In this document: positions 48,947-58,032 of the stretch, piece by piece
Position numbering within the stretch: the first letter of the stretch is position 1
Layout of the letters: each line of letters begins with the position of its first letter
From: Leptonemataceae bacterium
GTDB taxonomy: Bacteria; Spirochaetota; Leptospiria; Leptospirales; Leptonemataceae
Assembly (NCBI GenBank): GCA_965207725.1
Contig: OZ242290.1
Location: 861,025 to 925,024, forward strand
DNA: 64,000 nt
Direction of reading: 5' to 3'
Position numbers and translations under genes: made by a program
The notes under the pieces: model-generated
The model's input: the letters and a program-made list of their open reading frames with translations, nothing else
What the model was told of the DNA's origin: nothing
Databases searched by the model: none

Positions 48947-50266
48947 TTATGAGCGTTCCTTTCTCAGTTCATTCGTATCATTTTTTTTAAAAGTAAAAAT
49001 ATGGATGGGATTCTGTGCCTCGTAGCGCAGGTATTTGCTCAGTGCAACGGCACGCGAAATCTGCACGAGGCGGATTGATAAAAAATCTGACAAATGATAA
49101 TCATTATCCTCTTGTTCAGTAAGAGCGATCTTCTTGAGGGTTTGATAGCAGGTGGTTATATTTTCCAGAGTGATGGCGTTTACTACAAGGCGGCCGGGTC
49201 GAAGTAGGCGCTGGTAACATACTTTGATGAGCTGTTCTAGATTTCCTTTACTCCCGCCAATGAAAATTGCATCTGGGTCAATGGGAATAGTACGCAGAAT
49301 TTCGGGTGCTAAACCAGCAATAATTTCAACATTATCAGCTTGAAAAGCATAAATATTTTTCTGTAAGTATTCCAATGATTTTTCTTCCACTTCGATCGCA
49401 AATATTTTTCCTTTCTTTGCCCATTTTCCGGCCTCAATAGCAATAGAACCACTAGCTGCACCAATATCCCAAATGACACTATTTTCTTTTAGATCTAGAC
49501 TTTCAATACTTAAAATCCGTACCTCTTTCTTGGTGATCAATCCTCGCTTAAAGACTTTCTTCGCATAGGCGTCTTCATTTAAGTGCAACCTGAGACGTGG
49601 TTTCACATAGCCTTTTCTTCGTACTAGAATCAAGATATTGAGTAAAGAAAAATCTTGCTTTTTTTTACTTGCGAGCTTCTCTAAATTATCAAAAAAAGTA
49701 ATTTTTTCCAAAGTGGGATGAATACTTCCCATATTTTCGCACACATAAGCCTGCCATTCAGTTTCATTGTAATCTATCAGATGCTGTGCGATCAGCGATG
49801 GATTATTATTTGTATCGGTGAACAACATGATTTTTTCTGCAGAGCGTATCCGAGCAGTGATTCCTTGTAAGTTCCGTCCATGCACTGAATAAAAAAAAGC
49901 ATCCTGCCAACTGATCCCGATTTTTGCAAAGGCGAGCTGCATACTAGAGAGACTGGGAATAACAATAAGTTGTTTCCAGTATTTTCGCGCAAGATCGGCA
50001 ATTCCAAAAAAATGAGGATCTCCTGAGGCTAATATGACCAAATTTTTTTCCGTACTCATCTCGACTAAACTTTGTATACTCTCCAACATGTTCTTTTTTG
50101 CCATCGGTAAGGGAAAAGCTTCCCCTTGAAAGTCTGGGAAAAAATCGAGGAATCTTTTACTACCACACAAGACTTGTGCTTTTGCAATAAATTCTATGGC
50201 TTGATTGCTGAGGCTAGAACAGCCTATTTCTCCCATACCTACAATGACTGGGAAAATCTCTTGCAT
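48947..50266 (-). CDS. cobL: precorrin-6Y C5,15-methyltransferase (decarboxylating), fused CbiE-CbiT
   Basis: N-terminal TP_methylase (CbiE-like) domain, then a C-terminal SAM-MTase CbiT domain (VIWDIGAASGSIAIEAGKWAKKGKIFAIE). The start is placed at MQEIFPVIVGMG (50266) so that it abuts cbiC. The ORF-track start at 50356 would overlap cbiC. Confidence 0.75.
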   Translation of the reverse strand: MQEIFPVIVGMGEIGCSSLSNQAIEFIAKAQVLCGSKRFLDFFPDFQGEAFPLPMAKKNMLESIQSLVEMSTEKNLVILASGDPHFFGIADLARKYWKQLIVIPSLSSMQLAFAKIGISWQDAFFYSVHGRNLQGITARIRSAEKIMLFTDTNNNPSLIAQHLIDYNETEWQAYVCENMGSIHPTLEKITFFDNLEKLASKKKQDFSLLNILILVRRKGYVKPRLRLHLNEDAYAKKVFKRGLITKKEVRILSIESLDLKENSVIWDIGAASGSIAIEAGKWAKKGKIFAIEVEEKSLEYLQKNIYAFQADNVEIIAGLAPEILRTIPIDPDAIFIGGSKGNLEQLIKVCYQRLLRPGRLVVNAITLENITTCYQTLKKIALTEQEDNDYHLSDFLSIRLVQISRAVALSKYLRYEAQNPIHIFTFKKNDTNELRKERS

Positions 50267-50268
50267 TA

Positions 50269-50940
50269 TTATGATTGTATGGCTAATGAAAGTAAGGCAT
50301 GGATGATGGCGACTGCAATAGGACTGCCCCCCTTTCTCCCTTGCGTGATAATCCAAGGGACTTTAGTTTGGCAACTGATTCTCTGTTTTGACTGGGCTGC
50401 AGAGATAAAGCCTACAGGTACACCAATGACAAGTGCTGGCTGATTGTCTTGCTGATCTTCGATAATCTTTGCTAAATGTAGTAAGGCAGTCGGTGCGTTG
50501 CCAATGGCTATAACACTATTCTTTAATAGATTTTTTTTCTGGGCTTTTTTCATGGCCTCAATTGCCCTTGTCGTATTTTGTTGTTGCTTCGCTGTCTTGA
50601 TGACATCTTGATCATTGATAAAGCAATAGGTTTTACATCCATAATGGTCGAGGCGATTCTGATTCAAACCAATCGAAATCATATGTACATCGACTAAAAT
50701 ATTGCATCCGCTACGTAAGGCGTCGATACCATTGCTTATTGCTTGTGGATGAAACTTACAGATTTTTGTGAATTCAAAATCTGCTGTTGCGTGGATGACT
50801 CGACGCACTACTGTCCATTGATCTTTGGGCCATTTATGTTCTCCGATTTCTGCATCAATGACGGCAAAACTTCCCTTTTCTATCGATTTTCCAAGGGTAG
50901 TCATTTGGAGCATGTCCTCTGGTGGTTTAAGTTGACTCAT
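50269..50940 (-). CDS. cbiC: precorrin-8X methylmutase
   Basis: CbiC/CobH pattern VIHATADFEF...ILVDVHMISIG...AIGNAPTAL...LVIGVPVGF; 223 aa. Confidence 0.8.
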   Translation of the reverse strand: MSQLKPPEDMLQMTTLGKSIEKGSFAVIDAEIGEHKWPKDQWTVVRRVIHATADFEFTKICKFHPQAISNGIDALRSGCNILVDVHMISIGLNQNRLDHYGCKTYCFINDQDVIKTAKQQQNTTRAIEAMKKAQKKNLLKNSVIAIGNAPTALLHLAKIIEDQQDNQPALVIGVPVGFISAAQSKQRISCQTKVPWIITQGRKGGSPIAVAIIHALLSLAIQS

Positions 50941-51030
50941 ATATTAATTTTTGCTAAACTGGGTATACCGTCAATAGATTCCCATATTAAAGAATCAAAT
51001 AGCAGACGATCTTCTATATCGATATCAATA

Positions 51031-52209
51031 ATGTTAAAGGCCAAAGCACGACTCAAGATACAACCTATCTTGAATAAGCTTCCAGTGAAACGGCCAATAA
51101 AAAATACCAAGAAAATTGTAAAAAAGATTTCTAGTCGCCTTTTACGAAATAAGAGGATAGATGGTCGCGACAGGAGAAAAACATATGACAGTCCGCATTA
51201 CTCGGTCGGGAGATTTCATAATTTTGAAGAGGATGATAAGACTCTTGCTCTGCGGAGTTTTCAAAAATTCGTCAAGTGGAAGTGGTTTACTCCTTTGGAG
51301 AAACCTAGTATTCCAGAAGAGGATTGGCTGATCATTGAAGAACCACCATCGATCAATAAACTGACAGAAGATTTATTTGTTGAGAGGAATCAGGAAAACA
51401 TGCGTGTTTTTTGGTTAGGACATTCTACTCTTTTATTCACTATAGCAACGAAAAAGAATCAATTCTTAAACATTATAACAGATCCAATTTTGGGGGATAT
51501 CTCCTATGTTATGAAAAGATTGGCGCCAATACCAATTCATAAATCCTTGCTACCGAAGATCGATATAATTTTAATCAGCCATGCTCATCGTGATCATTTA
51601 GACATGAAGAGTATTCGTTATTTGATGCAGAGGAATCCTCATCTAAAGATTTATTCTCCACAAGGTTCGGAAGATTTTTTTCGTAGCAAAAAGATAATAT
51701 CATCTGTCAGAATCATAAAGTGGTATGAAAAAAAAACCATTGGTCATTTAAAGATTCAGTTTCTACCGGCCCAACATTGGAGCCAAATGAAACTCAATGA
51801 CTATTTACAGATTCATTGGGGGAGTTATGCTCTTTCAATGGGCGGCAACCATTTATATTTTGCGGGGGATACCGCTTATGCTGGACATTTCAAGGAAATA
51901 TCGACAATGTATCCCCAAGGTTTTGACTATGCATTTATTCCTATCGGTTCCTATAAGCCACGTAGTTTTATGCGCACTTCACATATTGCTCCAGAAGAAG
52001 CTCTTCAGGCGACTTTGGATCTGGGTGCACGAAAACTTTTGCCGATTCATTGGGGTGCTTTTCAATTGGGAGATGACCTACCACAGGAAGCAATTTATCA
52101 TTTACGCTATTATGCCCAACAATTGTTTCAGGATAAAGTTGATCAACATATCCATTTTTGGTATCCCGGTAAATACATTGATGTACCATTACAAAAAGTA
52201 GAACACTGA
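51031..52209 (+). CDS. MBL-fold metallo-hydrolase (NAPE-PLD-like/COG2220 family)
   Basis: HxHxDH motif ILISHAHRDHLD, with a leading MRVFWLGHSTLLF strand and later D/H metal ligands. The start is placed at MLKAKARL. The ORF-track start at 50743 would run antisense through cbiC. Confidence 0.65.
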   Translation: MLKAKARLKIQPILNKLPVKRPIKNTKKIVKKISSRLLRNKRIDGRDRRKTYDSPHYSVGRFHNFEEDDKTLALRSFQKFVKWKWFTPLEKPSIPEEDWLIIEEPPSINKLTEDLFVERNQENMRVFWLGHSTLLFTIATKKNQFLNIITDPILGDISYVMKRLAPIPIHKSLLPKIDIILISHAHRDHLDMKSIRYLMQRNPHLKIYSPQGSEDFFRSKKIISSVRIIKWYEKKTIGHLKIQFLPAQHWSQMKLNDYLQIHWGSYALSMGGNHLYFAGDTAYAGHFKEISTMYPQGFDYAFIPIGSYKPRSFMRTSHIAPEEALQATLDLGARKLLPIHWGAFQLGDDLPQEAIYHLRYYAQQLFQDKVDQHIHFWYPGKYIDVPLQKVEH

Positions 52210-52294
52210 TTAGCTATTGTTTAATTGCAATCGATACCGTGGTTTTGTTCACAAACGGGAAGAAAGAAAAAAAGAGAAAGTAGCGAGCTTGTTA

Positions 52295-54637
52295 TTAATG
52301 ATCTTTTGCCTGAAAGCCTGAAGATTTCATTTTTTCTTTTATTATGGCTGGGTTTTTCTTCATTTCCATGCCAATATGTACCACTTCGGCAACATCGACT
52401 ACTGCAATTTGCTCGTCCATTCTTTCACTTTTCACACCGTCACTAATCATAGTCATACAGAAAGGACAAGCAGTGGCAATTGTATCTGCACCGGTATTGA
52501 TAAGTTGTCGGCTCCTGACATGATTCATTTTTGTCTTTTTTTCCTCCATCCACATTTGTGCCCCACCAGCTCCACAACAAAGTGAGTTTGCGTGATGATC
52601 TTTGGCTTCGCCAATACTATTTCCCAATGTCTCTCTGATAATCTTCCTCGGTTCTTCGTAGACTTCATTCATTCTCCCCAGATAACAAGCGTCATGATAT
52701 ACCATTCTTCTCGTTGCTAGGTTTTTTTTGTTTTCTGCATGTACAGAAATTTTCTTTTGATCAATCAATTGGGCAATGAATTCACTATGGTGCTGTACTT
52801 GATAATCGCCTCCTAATTGTTGATATTCGTTACCAAGGGTGTTGAAACAATGTGGACATGCTGTAACAATTTTTTTAAACTTATATTTATTCAGGGTTTC
52901 AATATTGTTTTTTGCTAAAGTTTGATACAGATATTCATTGCCAGCGCGTCGGGCAGAATCACCTGTACACTTTTCTTCGTTGCCTAGAATCGCAAAATTG
53001 ACATTTGCTTCTTGCATAATACTCACAAACGAGCGAGCAATTTTTTTATTTCGATCATCAAAGGAAGCAGCACAGCCTACCCAGTAGAGCACGTCTGCTT
53101 GCATATTTTCAGCCATCGTCTTGACATTCAAATCCTTGCACCAATCACTTCTTTGTTCTGCGGAAATACCCCATGGATTGGATTGTTTTTCAATATTATT
53201 GAGTGCATTTTGTAATTCCATGGACATTGATCCTTCATTTAAAACCAGATGACGTCGCATTTCAATGATTGCATCTAGCTGATTGTTGCCGACTGGGCAG
53301 GCTTCCACGCAAGCATTGCAAGCAGTACACGCCCAAATCTCTTCTTCTGTTGTTAGATTTTCATTGAGAACCTCATCTTTTATGTGTCCGTTAGTCAGAT
53401 TCTTATCCTGCCCATTGAGCTGCGTTACCAATTTTAGATCTGTCATGATTTTTTTTGGATCCAATAGTTTCCCAGTTCGATGAGCAGGGCATTCCACGGT
53501 ACACCTGCCACATTCAATACAGGAGAGGCCGTCTAAGATATTTAACCACGAGAAATCATGTATTTTTTTGGCACCAAAGTTATTTGTTTCATCATCATCT
53601 GAATCCGCTGTCTCCAAGTTGAGCAGTGCGAGTTCACCTGGTTTGCGATGGGGAATGAAAAAGTAATTCAACGGTGCAAATAGAAGATGTGCGTGTTTTG
53701 AAATCGGTATGTAGACTAGAAAAAGATAGACACTCATGAGATGCATCCACCAAAAAAAGTGGCTACTTGCTTGCCAAGCATAACGATCGTTGCCAGCAAA
53801 CAAGCCGATCAAGACTTGAGCCGACAACAGGCGCGGCTCTCGATCACCGAGCAAATAATTTTGACTGCTGAGCAAGCCGATTGTAGACATCATCAGTAGG
53901 GAAATGAGCATGAGGACGATTAAAGATTGGCGAGAAGGCACATCCAATCCTTCTCCTTGCAAGAACCAGCGTCGAATGGCAAAGACAGATAGAGCCAGAA
54001 AAACTAGTAACGAAATATAATAGAGTATATCTTCATAAAAGATGCGCCCATTGGCTAGAATAATCGTAAAGGCTACAATAATGAGCGGTAGAAGAATTCC
54101 GATACTACACCATTGTAGAGCTGGAGAATTATGCAGACGGAGAGAACCCTTTTTGGAGGATATGCGTATTCTGGTAAAAAAGTTGGCTATAATTGCGATA
54201 GATCCAATCAGCCCTATCAGAATAAATGCGGTGGATTGATGATCGAGAGATTCTAAGGTCGCACCGATAACTGAGCTTGACGGAAACTGTAACATATCAA
54301 CAAGGCTAAAGTCATATGGATTTAATCCTGAGTTTTTCAACGGGAGCCAAGCAACTCCAGCAATAATCTGGCTGAGCGAATGAACCACATATACTAAGAA
54401 AGCGTAAAAAATAATGGCGTGAGCCATCCCTCGCAGTGGATGACGATACATTTTTACTTGTAAAACTACGTTAGTAAAAAAGGAACCAAAGCGGCGGAAG
54501 TAGGAAGCTAAGCGAAATGGCGAATCTTTTGCCTGTCGCATGACTTGCATTCTGCTATAGATTACATATCCAAAAATGCTCATGCTACCTAGGAATAGCA
54601 ACAGGTGAAGAATTTGTAAACGGATGTCTTCCATCAT
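52295..54637 (-). CDS. membrane-anchored iron-sulfur oxidoreductase: N-terminal polytopic (NarI/HdrE-like) domain fused to 2x[4Fe-4S] ferredoxin and CCG (HdrD/GlpC-like) domains
   Basis: About 330 aa of TM helices containing conserved His residues, then CIECGRCTVECP and CTACNACVEACP ferredoxin motifs, then two CCG cysteine-rich segments (CPHCFNTLG..., CCGAGG...CPFC). 780 aa. Confidence 0.7.
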   Translation of the reverse strand: MMEDIRLQILHLLLFLGSMSIFGYVIYSRMQVMRQAKDSPFRLASYFRRFGSFFTNVVLQVKMYRHPLRGMAHAIIFYAFLVYVVHSLSQIIAGVAWLPLKNSGLNPYDFSLVDMLQFPSSSVIGATLESLDHQSTAFILIGLIGSIAIIANFFTRIRISSKKGSLRLHNSPALQWCSIGILLPLIIVAFTIILANGRIFYEDILYYISLLVFLALSVFAIRRWFLQGEGLDVPSRQSLIVLMLISLLMMSTIGLLSSQNYLLGDREPRLLSAQVLIGLFAGNDRYAWQASSHFFWWMHLMSVYLFLVYIPISKHAHLLFAPLNYFFIPHRKPGELALLNLETADSDDDETNNFGAKKIHDFSWLNILDGLSCIECGRCTVECPAHRTGKLLDPKKIMTDLKLVTQLNGQDKNLTNGHIKDEVLNENLTTEEEIWACTACNACVEACPVGNNQLDAIIEMRRHLVLNEGSMSMELQNALNNIEKQSNPWGISAEQRSDWCKDLNVKTMAENMQADVLYWVGCAASFDDRNKKIARSFVSIMQEANVNFAILGNEEKCTGDSARRAGNEYLYQTLAKNNIETLNKYKFKKIVTACPHCFNTLGNEYQQLGGDYQVQHHSEFIAQLIDQKKISVHAENKKNLATRRMVYHDACYLGRMNEVYEEPRKIIRETLGNSIGEAKDHHANSLCCGAGGAQMWMEEKKTKMNHVRSRQLINTGADTIATACPFCMTMISDGVKSERMDEQIAVVDVAEVVHIGMEMKKNPAIIKEKMKSSGFQAKDH

Positions 54638-55062
54638 GAAATATAAAAATAAATATCCTTATTTAGTGCGATTCTTTATTGTTCATCCTTGTCGATTTTG
54701 TTGATTATCAATGAGCTACTTCTTAAGTATGAGCTTATTTTTTTTGAGCGAATCAATTTGTCATTATTTTTATTATCGATATGAGATCAGCACGGGCTTC
54801 TACTTTCACTGAGCCAAATATGGCTGAATCCTCCGAGTCAATAAACTGATGAACATATTTGCAAAAAGGGGTCTGCTGGTACCAGTTTTTTGTCGGCTCT
54901 TGTCGAAACATTCTGCTACTAGGGGCTTGGCCGAGAGTGCGGTTGCTTCAAATCTACGATTATCGTTTTCTATATAAGTGTACTTTATTTGCAATTCAAG
55001 TTTTTTAAAATATTTTTTATTGTAGTCATTGTAGCGTCAATCTATTTTAAGCGAGTAAAGGG

Positions 55063-56118
55063 ATGACTCAACAGATCACAACTATTCTGGAGAAGCGAAA
55101 AAACGGTATGCGAATTAGCTCGCAGGAAGCACTCCTTTTGCTCAAAGAAGGAGATTTTTTAGAGATTCAAAAAATTGCCCGTGATATTCGCAACCAAATG
55201 CACGATCCAAAGATTGCAACCTACACCGTCTTTCAAATCGTCAATTATAGCACATTTTGCAATGTCGATTGTAATTTCTGTAGCTACTATGAGCCCTATG
55301 GCTCTTCACGTGGCAAGAGGTTAACTGTCGCGGAAATTGTCGCCAAGATGAAAAAGGCCAATCAACAAACTGGAGTCGAGCAAATGTTTTTACAAGGCGG
55401 CGTGGATATGAATCTGCCATTTGATTATTATTTGCAGGTAATTTCGGCAGTAAAGCGGGAAGTAGGGCAGCATATTCATATTAGAGCTTTTTCGCCAGTG
55501 GAATTGCTCGGTATGGAAAAAAAAACAGGTAAGAAATTATCTTGGGTTTTAAATGAATTGAAAAAGGCTGGTTTAGACTCTGTGCCTGGTGCTGGTGCCG
55601 AAATTTTGAGTGATCGAGTTCGCAATATTCTCTCGCCAAAAAAGATTGGTAGCCAAGAGTGGCTTCGTATAATGCGTATCTGTCACGAAGAGAATCTACC
55701 CGGTAGTGCCAATATTGTCTTTGGCAGTGTGGAGAAACCGGAAGAGATTATTGAACATTTACAGCATGTGCGTGATTTACAAGATCAGACTCAGGGTTTT
55801 TTATCTTTTATCCCATGGATATTTCAGCAGCAGACAAAGAAATTTAAGGTGCGAACAGTTCTCGGCCCCGAATATCTGCGAGTCCTTGGTGTTTCTCGGA
55901 TTTTTTTGGATAATATTGCCCATCTGGAGACTTCACTCATGGTGATGGGACAACAGTTGGGGAGTCTGGCGTTGCACGGTGGCGCAGACGACGTGAGTTC
56001 AGTGGTACTAGAAGAAAACGTTCTGCGAAATCACGGATTTAAGGATGAGGAAAAAACTCTTATTTTTTTACGAAATTGTGGTTTTCAACCACGAAAAAGA
56101 ACTTTGCTTTATGAGTGA
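55063..56118 (+). CDS. radical SAM enzyme of the MqnC/MqnE/CofH family (probable futalosine-pathway menaquinone biosynthesis)
   Basis: The CxxxCxxC cluster motif is present as [11 protein letters not shown], and the overall length and later conserved blocks resemble the family. Which member it is cannot be resolved from sequence alone. Confidence 0.65.
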   Translation: MTQQITTILEKRKNGMRISSQEALLLLKEGDFLEIQKIARDIRNQMHDPKIATYTVFQIVNYSTFCNVDCNFCSYYEPYGSSRGKRLTVAEIVAKMKKANQQTGVEQMFLQGGVDMNLPFDYYLQVISAVKREVGQHIHIRAFSPVELLGMEKKTGKKLSWVLNELKKAGLDSVPGAGAEILSDRVRNILSPKKIGSQEWLRIMRICHEENLPGSANIVFGSVEKPEEIIEHLQHVRDLQDQTQGFLSFIPWIFQQQTKKFKVRTVLGPEYLRVLGVSRIFLDNIAHLETSLMVMGQQLGSLALHGGADDVSSVVLEENVLRNHGFKDEEKTLIFLRNCGFQPRKRTLLYE

Positions 56119-56381
56119 ATGGTCACGGATGTTCGCACCTAGATTCTTTGCCTCAAATGGTTCATCTCAATGTTTTTTTGATAATCAATGCTGCCATAGA
56201 TGCTTGGGTTCTTCTTTATCCATTATCGTTAGTTACAATTTTTAACATTGAGAGAATTTCCTAGTTTTTTGCTCTACTACTCATTTCGCTCAGCTAAACT
56301 GACAAATTGACATTGTTTTGCCTATTTTGGCAGGGTATTTGCTAGAGAATGCTACCAATTTGCAGTTAATGCGAAGCAAGT

Positions 56382-56398
56382 TTGGCACGCTTTTTGCT
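56382..56398 (+). promoter_or_regulatory. sigma54 (RpoN) -24/-12 promoter upstream of hsp20
   Basis: TGGCACG-CTTT-TTGCT at 56383-56398 matches the consensus TGGCACG-N4-TTGCW exactly, with GG at 56384-85 and GC at 56396-97. The predicted TSS is near 56409, about 31 nt upstream of the ATG at 56441. Confidence 0.5.
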
Positions 56399-56440
56399 TA
56401 ATACTCATGTAGACACAAACTTGTGATAAGGAGGTATACT

Positions 56441-56917
56441 ATGTACGAGATGTCTTATAAATCACCCTGGCAAGAATACTTGTTGGAGTCAGATCAATCG
56501 GGTAATGGCAAGGCTGTTGAAGGACGAAGAGAAGAAAGAACTCCCAGTATCGAAATTCATAAAGATGAAAATGAATATTCGATTTTTGCCGAAATTCCAG
56601 GCGTAAAGAAGGATGATCTAAAAATTTCGGTCGATGGTGATAAATTGACCTTTAGTGGTCAGGTCTTCTTCGATAACGTGAACTTGGAAAAAACAGGTGA
56701 GAAAAATGAAAAAAAGGATAAAAACGAGGAGAATCAGGCTGAAAAAAAAGTGGTTTACTCGGAATTTCAGAATGTTCGCTCTTATCAGAGAACTTTGGTA
56801 TTGGATGTCAATCACTTTGAGCTGAATAAGGTCAAAGCAGAGTTAAAAGATGGAATCTTGAAACTTTCAATTCCACTAAAAGAAAAAAGTAAACCAAAAA
56901 AAATTGAAGTTGCCTAA
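56441..56917 (+). CDS. Hsp20/alpha-crystallin family small heat-shock protein
   Basis: Alpha-crystallin domain (SIEIHKDENEYSIFAEIPGVKKDDLKISVDGDKLTFSG...LKDGILKLSIP). A perfect SD AAGGAGG (56428-34) sits 6 nt before the ATG at 56441. The ORF-track GTG at 56423 would include the SD within coding sequence. Confidence 0.85.
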   Translation: MYEMSYKSPWQEYLLESDQSGNGKAVEGRREERTPSIEIHKDENEYSIFAEIPGVKKDDLKISVDGDKLTFSGQVFFDNVNLEKTGEKNEKKDKNEENQAEKKVVYSEFQNVRSYQRTLVLDVNHFELNKVKAELKDGILKLSIPLKEKSKPKKIEVA

Positions 56918-56928
56918 ATCAACTTTAG

Positions 56929-56962
56929 CTTATAAAGGGAGGTGCATGCCTCCCTTTATAAG
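56929..56962. terminator. bidirectional intrinsic terminator between convergent hsp20 and NMO genes
   Basis: A perfect 14-bp stem CTTATAAAGGGAGG / CCTCCCTTTATAAG with loop TGCATG. It is flanked by a T-rich stretch (GTTTTG) on the plus side and an A-tract (AAATCAACTTTAG, T-rich on the minus strand) on the other. Confidence 0.65.
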
Positions 56963-56988
56963 GTTTTGAGAATTTCTAGCGGCGAAAG

Positions 56989-57990
56989 CTAGCATTCAAG
57001 GGTATTGCGGAGTGCAGATCGAGCAGCATCATACTCTATTATCAAATTATCGATAATCTGTGCCACTGGCTGAGTTTGGTTTATCCGTCCGACCCCATGA
57101 CCACAAGACCAGATGTTCCGCCAAGCCTTACCCTTGGGCTCGGCCAATTCTTGAAAATCAATTTTTCTCCGTTCTTGGAGGTCTTTACTCTTATATCCAG
57201 CTTCTAGTAACGTCCGCCGGATGAAATTTGCTGGCACTCCAGTGATTGCACCGGTCAGAACAATGTCATCTGCGTCGGTTTCTGTGAGTAACTGCTTGTA
57301 TTCATCTGATGCGAGGCTTTCTTCACTCGCAATAAAGCGTGTTCCCATGTAGGCAAGTTGGGCACCTAGAGCCTGACTTGCAAGGATATCTTGCCCATTC
57401 ATCAAGCCACCCGAGATCAGCACAATTCCCGAAAAAAATTCACGAACTTCTGCAGAGAAGGCGAATGGGTTAATCATTCCAGTATGTCCTCCTGCACCTG
57501 CACTCACCAAAACTAAGCCATCGACTCCAGTTGCTGCGGCTTTTTTTGCGTATGGAACGCTATTGACATCGGCAAAAACCAAACCTCCGTAGCGATGGAC
57601 TACATCAATGACTGGAATTGGACTCCCGAGAGCAGTGATTACAATCGGTGGCTCATATTTTTTTACTAGTTGTAGTTGATCGTGAAAGGGCTTGTAAGTG
57701 GAGTGAGTAATCATATTAATGAGCCAAGGAGCAATCAAAGCAGAGGGGTTTTCTTTTTTCTTAGTATCAAGCGTCGTGGTTATCTGTTTTATCCATGATT
57801 CTAGCTGCTCAATTGAGCGGGTGTTGGGACAGGGAAAGCCAGATAGTACGCCATTTTCGCAGCAACTTATAACCAGTTCTGGCCCGGAAACCAAAAACAT
57901 TGGTGCACAAACGAGAGGGAGTCTGATGTTGTCACGAATAAAACTGGGGAGAGATTTTACAGGTTGCATTTTTTGACCATCCGAATTCAA
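56989..57990 (-). CDS. nitronate monooxygenase / 2-nitropropane dioxygenase family (FMN TIM-barrel, FabK-like)
   Basis: The PLVCAPMFLVSGPELV...GVDGLVLVSAGAGGHTG pattern matches NMO-family signatures; 333 aa. Confidence 0.7.
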   Translation of the reverse strand: MNSDGQKMQPVKSLPSFIRDNIRLPLVCAPMFLVSGPELVISCCENGVLSGFPCPNTRSIEQLESWIKQITTTLDTKKKENPSALIAPWLINMITHSTYKPFHDQLQLVKKYEPPIVITALGSPIPVIDVVHRYGGLVFADVNSVPYAKKAAATGVDGLVLVSAGAGGHTGMINPFAFSAEVREFFSGIVLISGGLMNGQDILASQALGAQLAYMGTRFIASEESLASDEYKQLLTETDADDIVLTGAITGVPANFIRRTLLEAGYKSKDLQERRKIDFQELAEPKGKAWRNIWSCGHGVGRINQTQPVAQIIDNLIIEYDAARSALRNTLEC

Positions 57991-58032
57991 TCAAGGCAAA
58001 CATGAGTCTGACGGTTTATTTTACAAGTAATT

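Noticed and set aside
50743-51030. N-terminal 96 codons of the ORF-track MBL-hydrolase ORF
   Set aside because: This segment runs antisense through the cbiC coding sequence. A start at MLKAKARL (51031) is preferred, as it leaves about 100 aa before the first MBL beta-strand, as in NAPE-PLD-like proteins.
50941-51030. Cobalamin riboswitch upstream of cbiC
   Set aside because: The gap is only about 90 nt and lacks a B12-box-like core on the minus strand.
54806-54994. 62-aa minus-strand ORF in the long intergenic region
   Set aside because: No RBS, no motifs, basic low-complexity sequence. It is more likely non-coding regulatory DNA.
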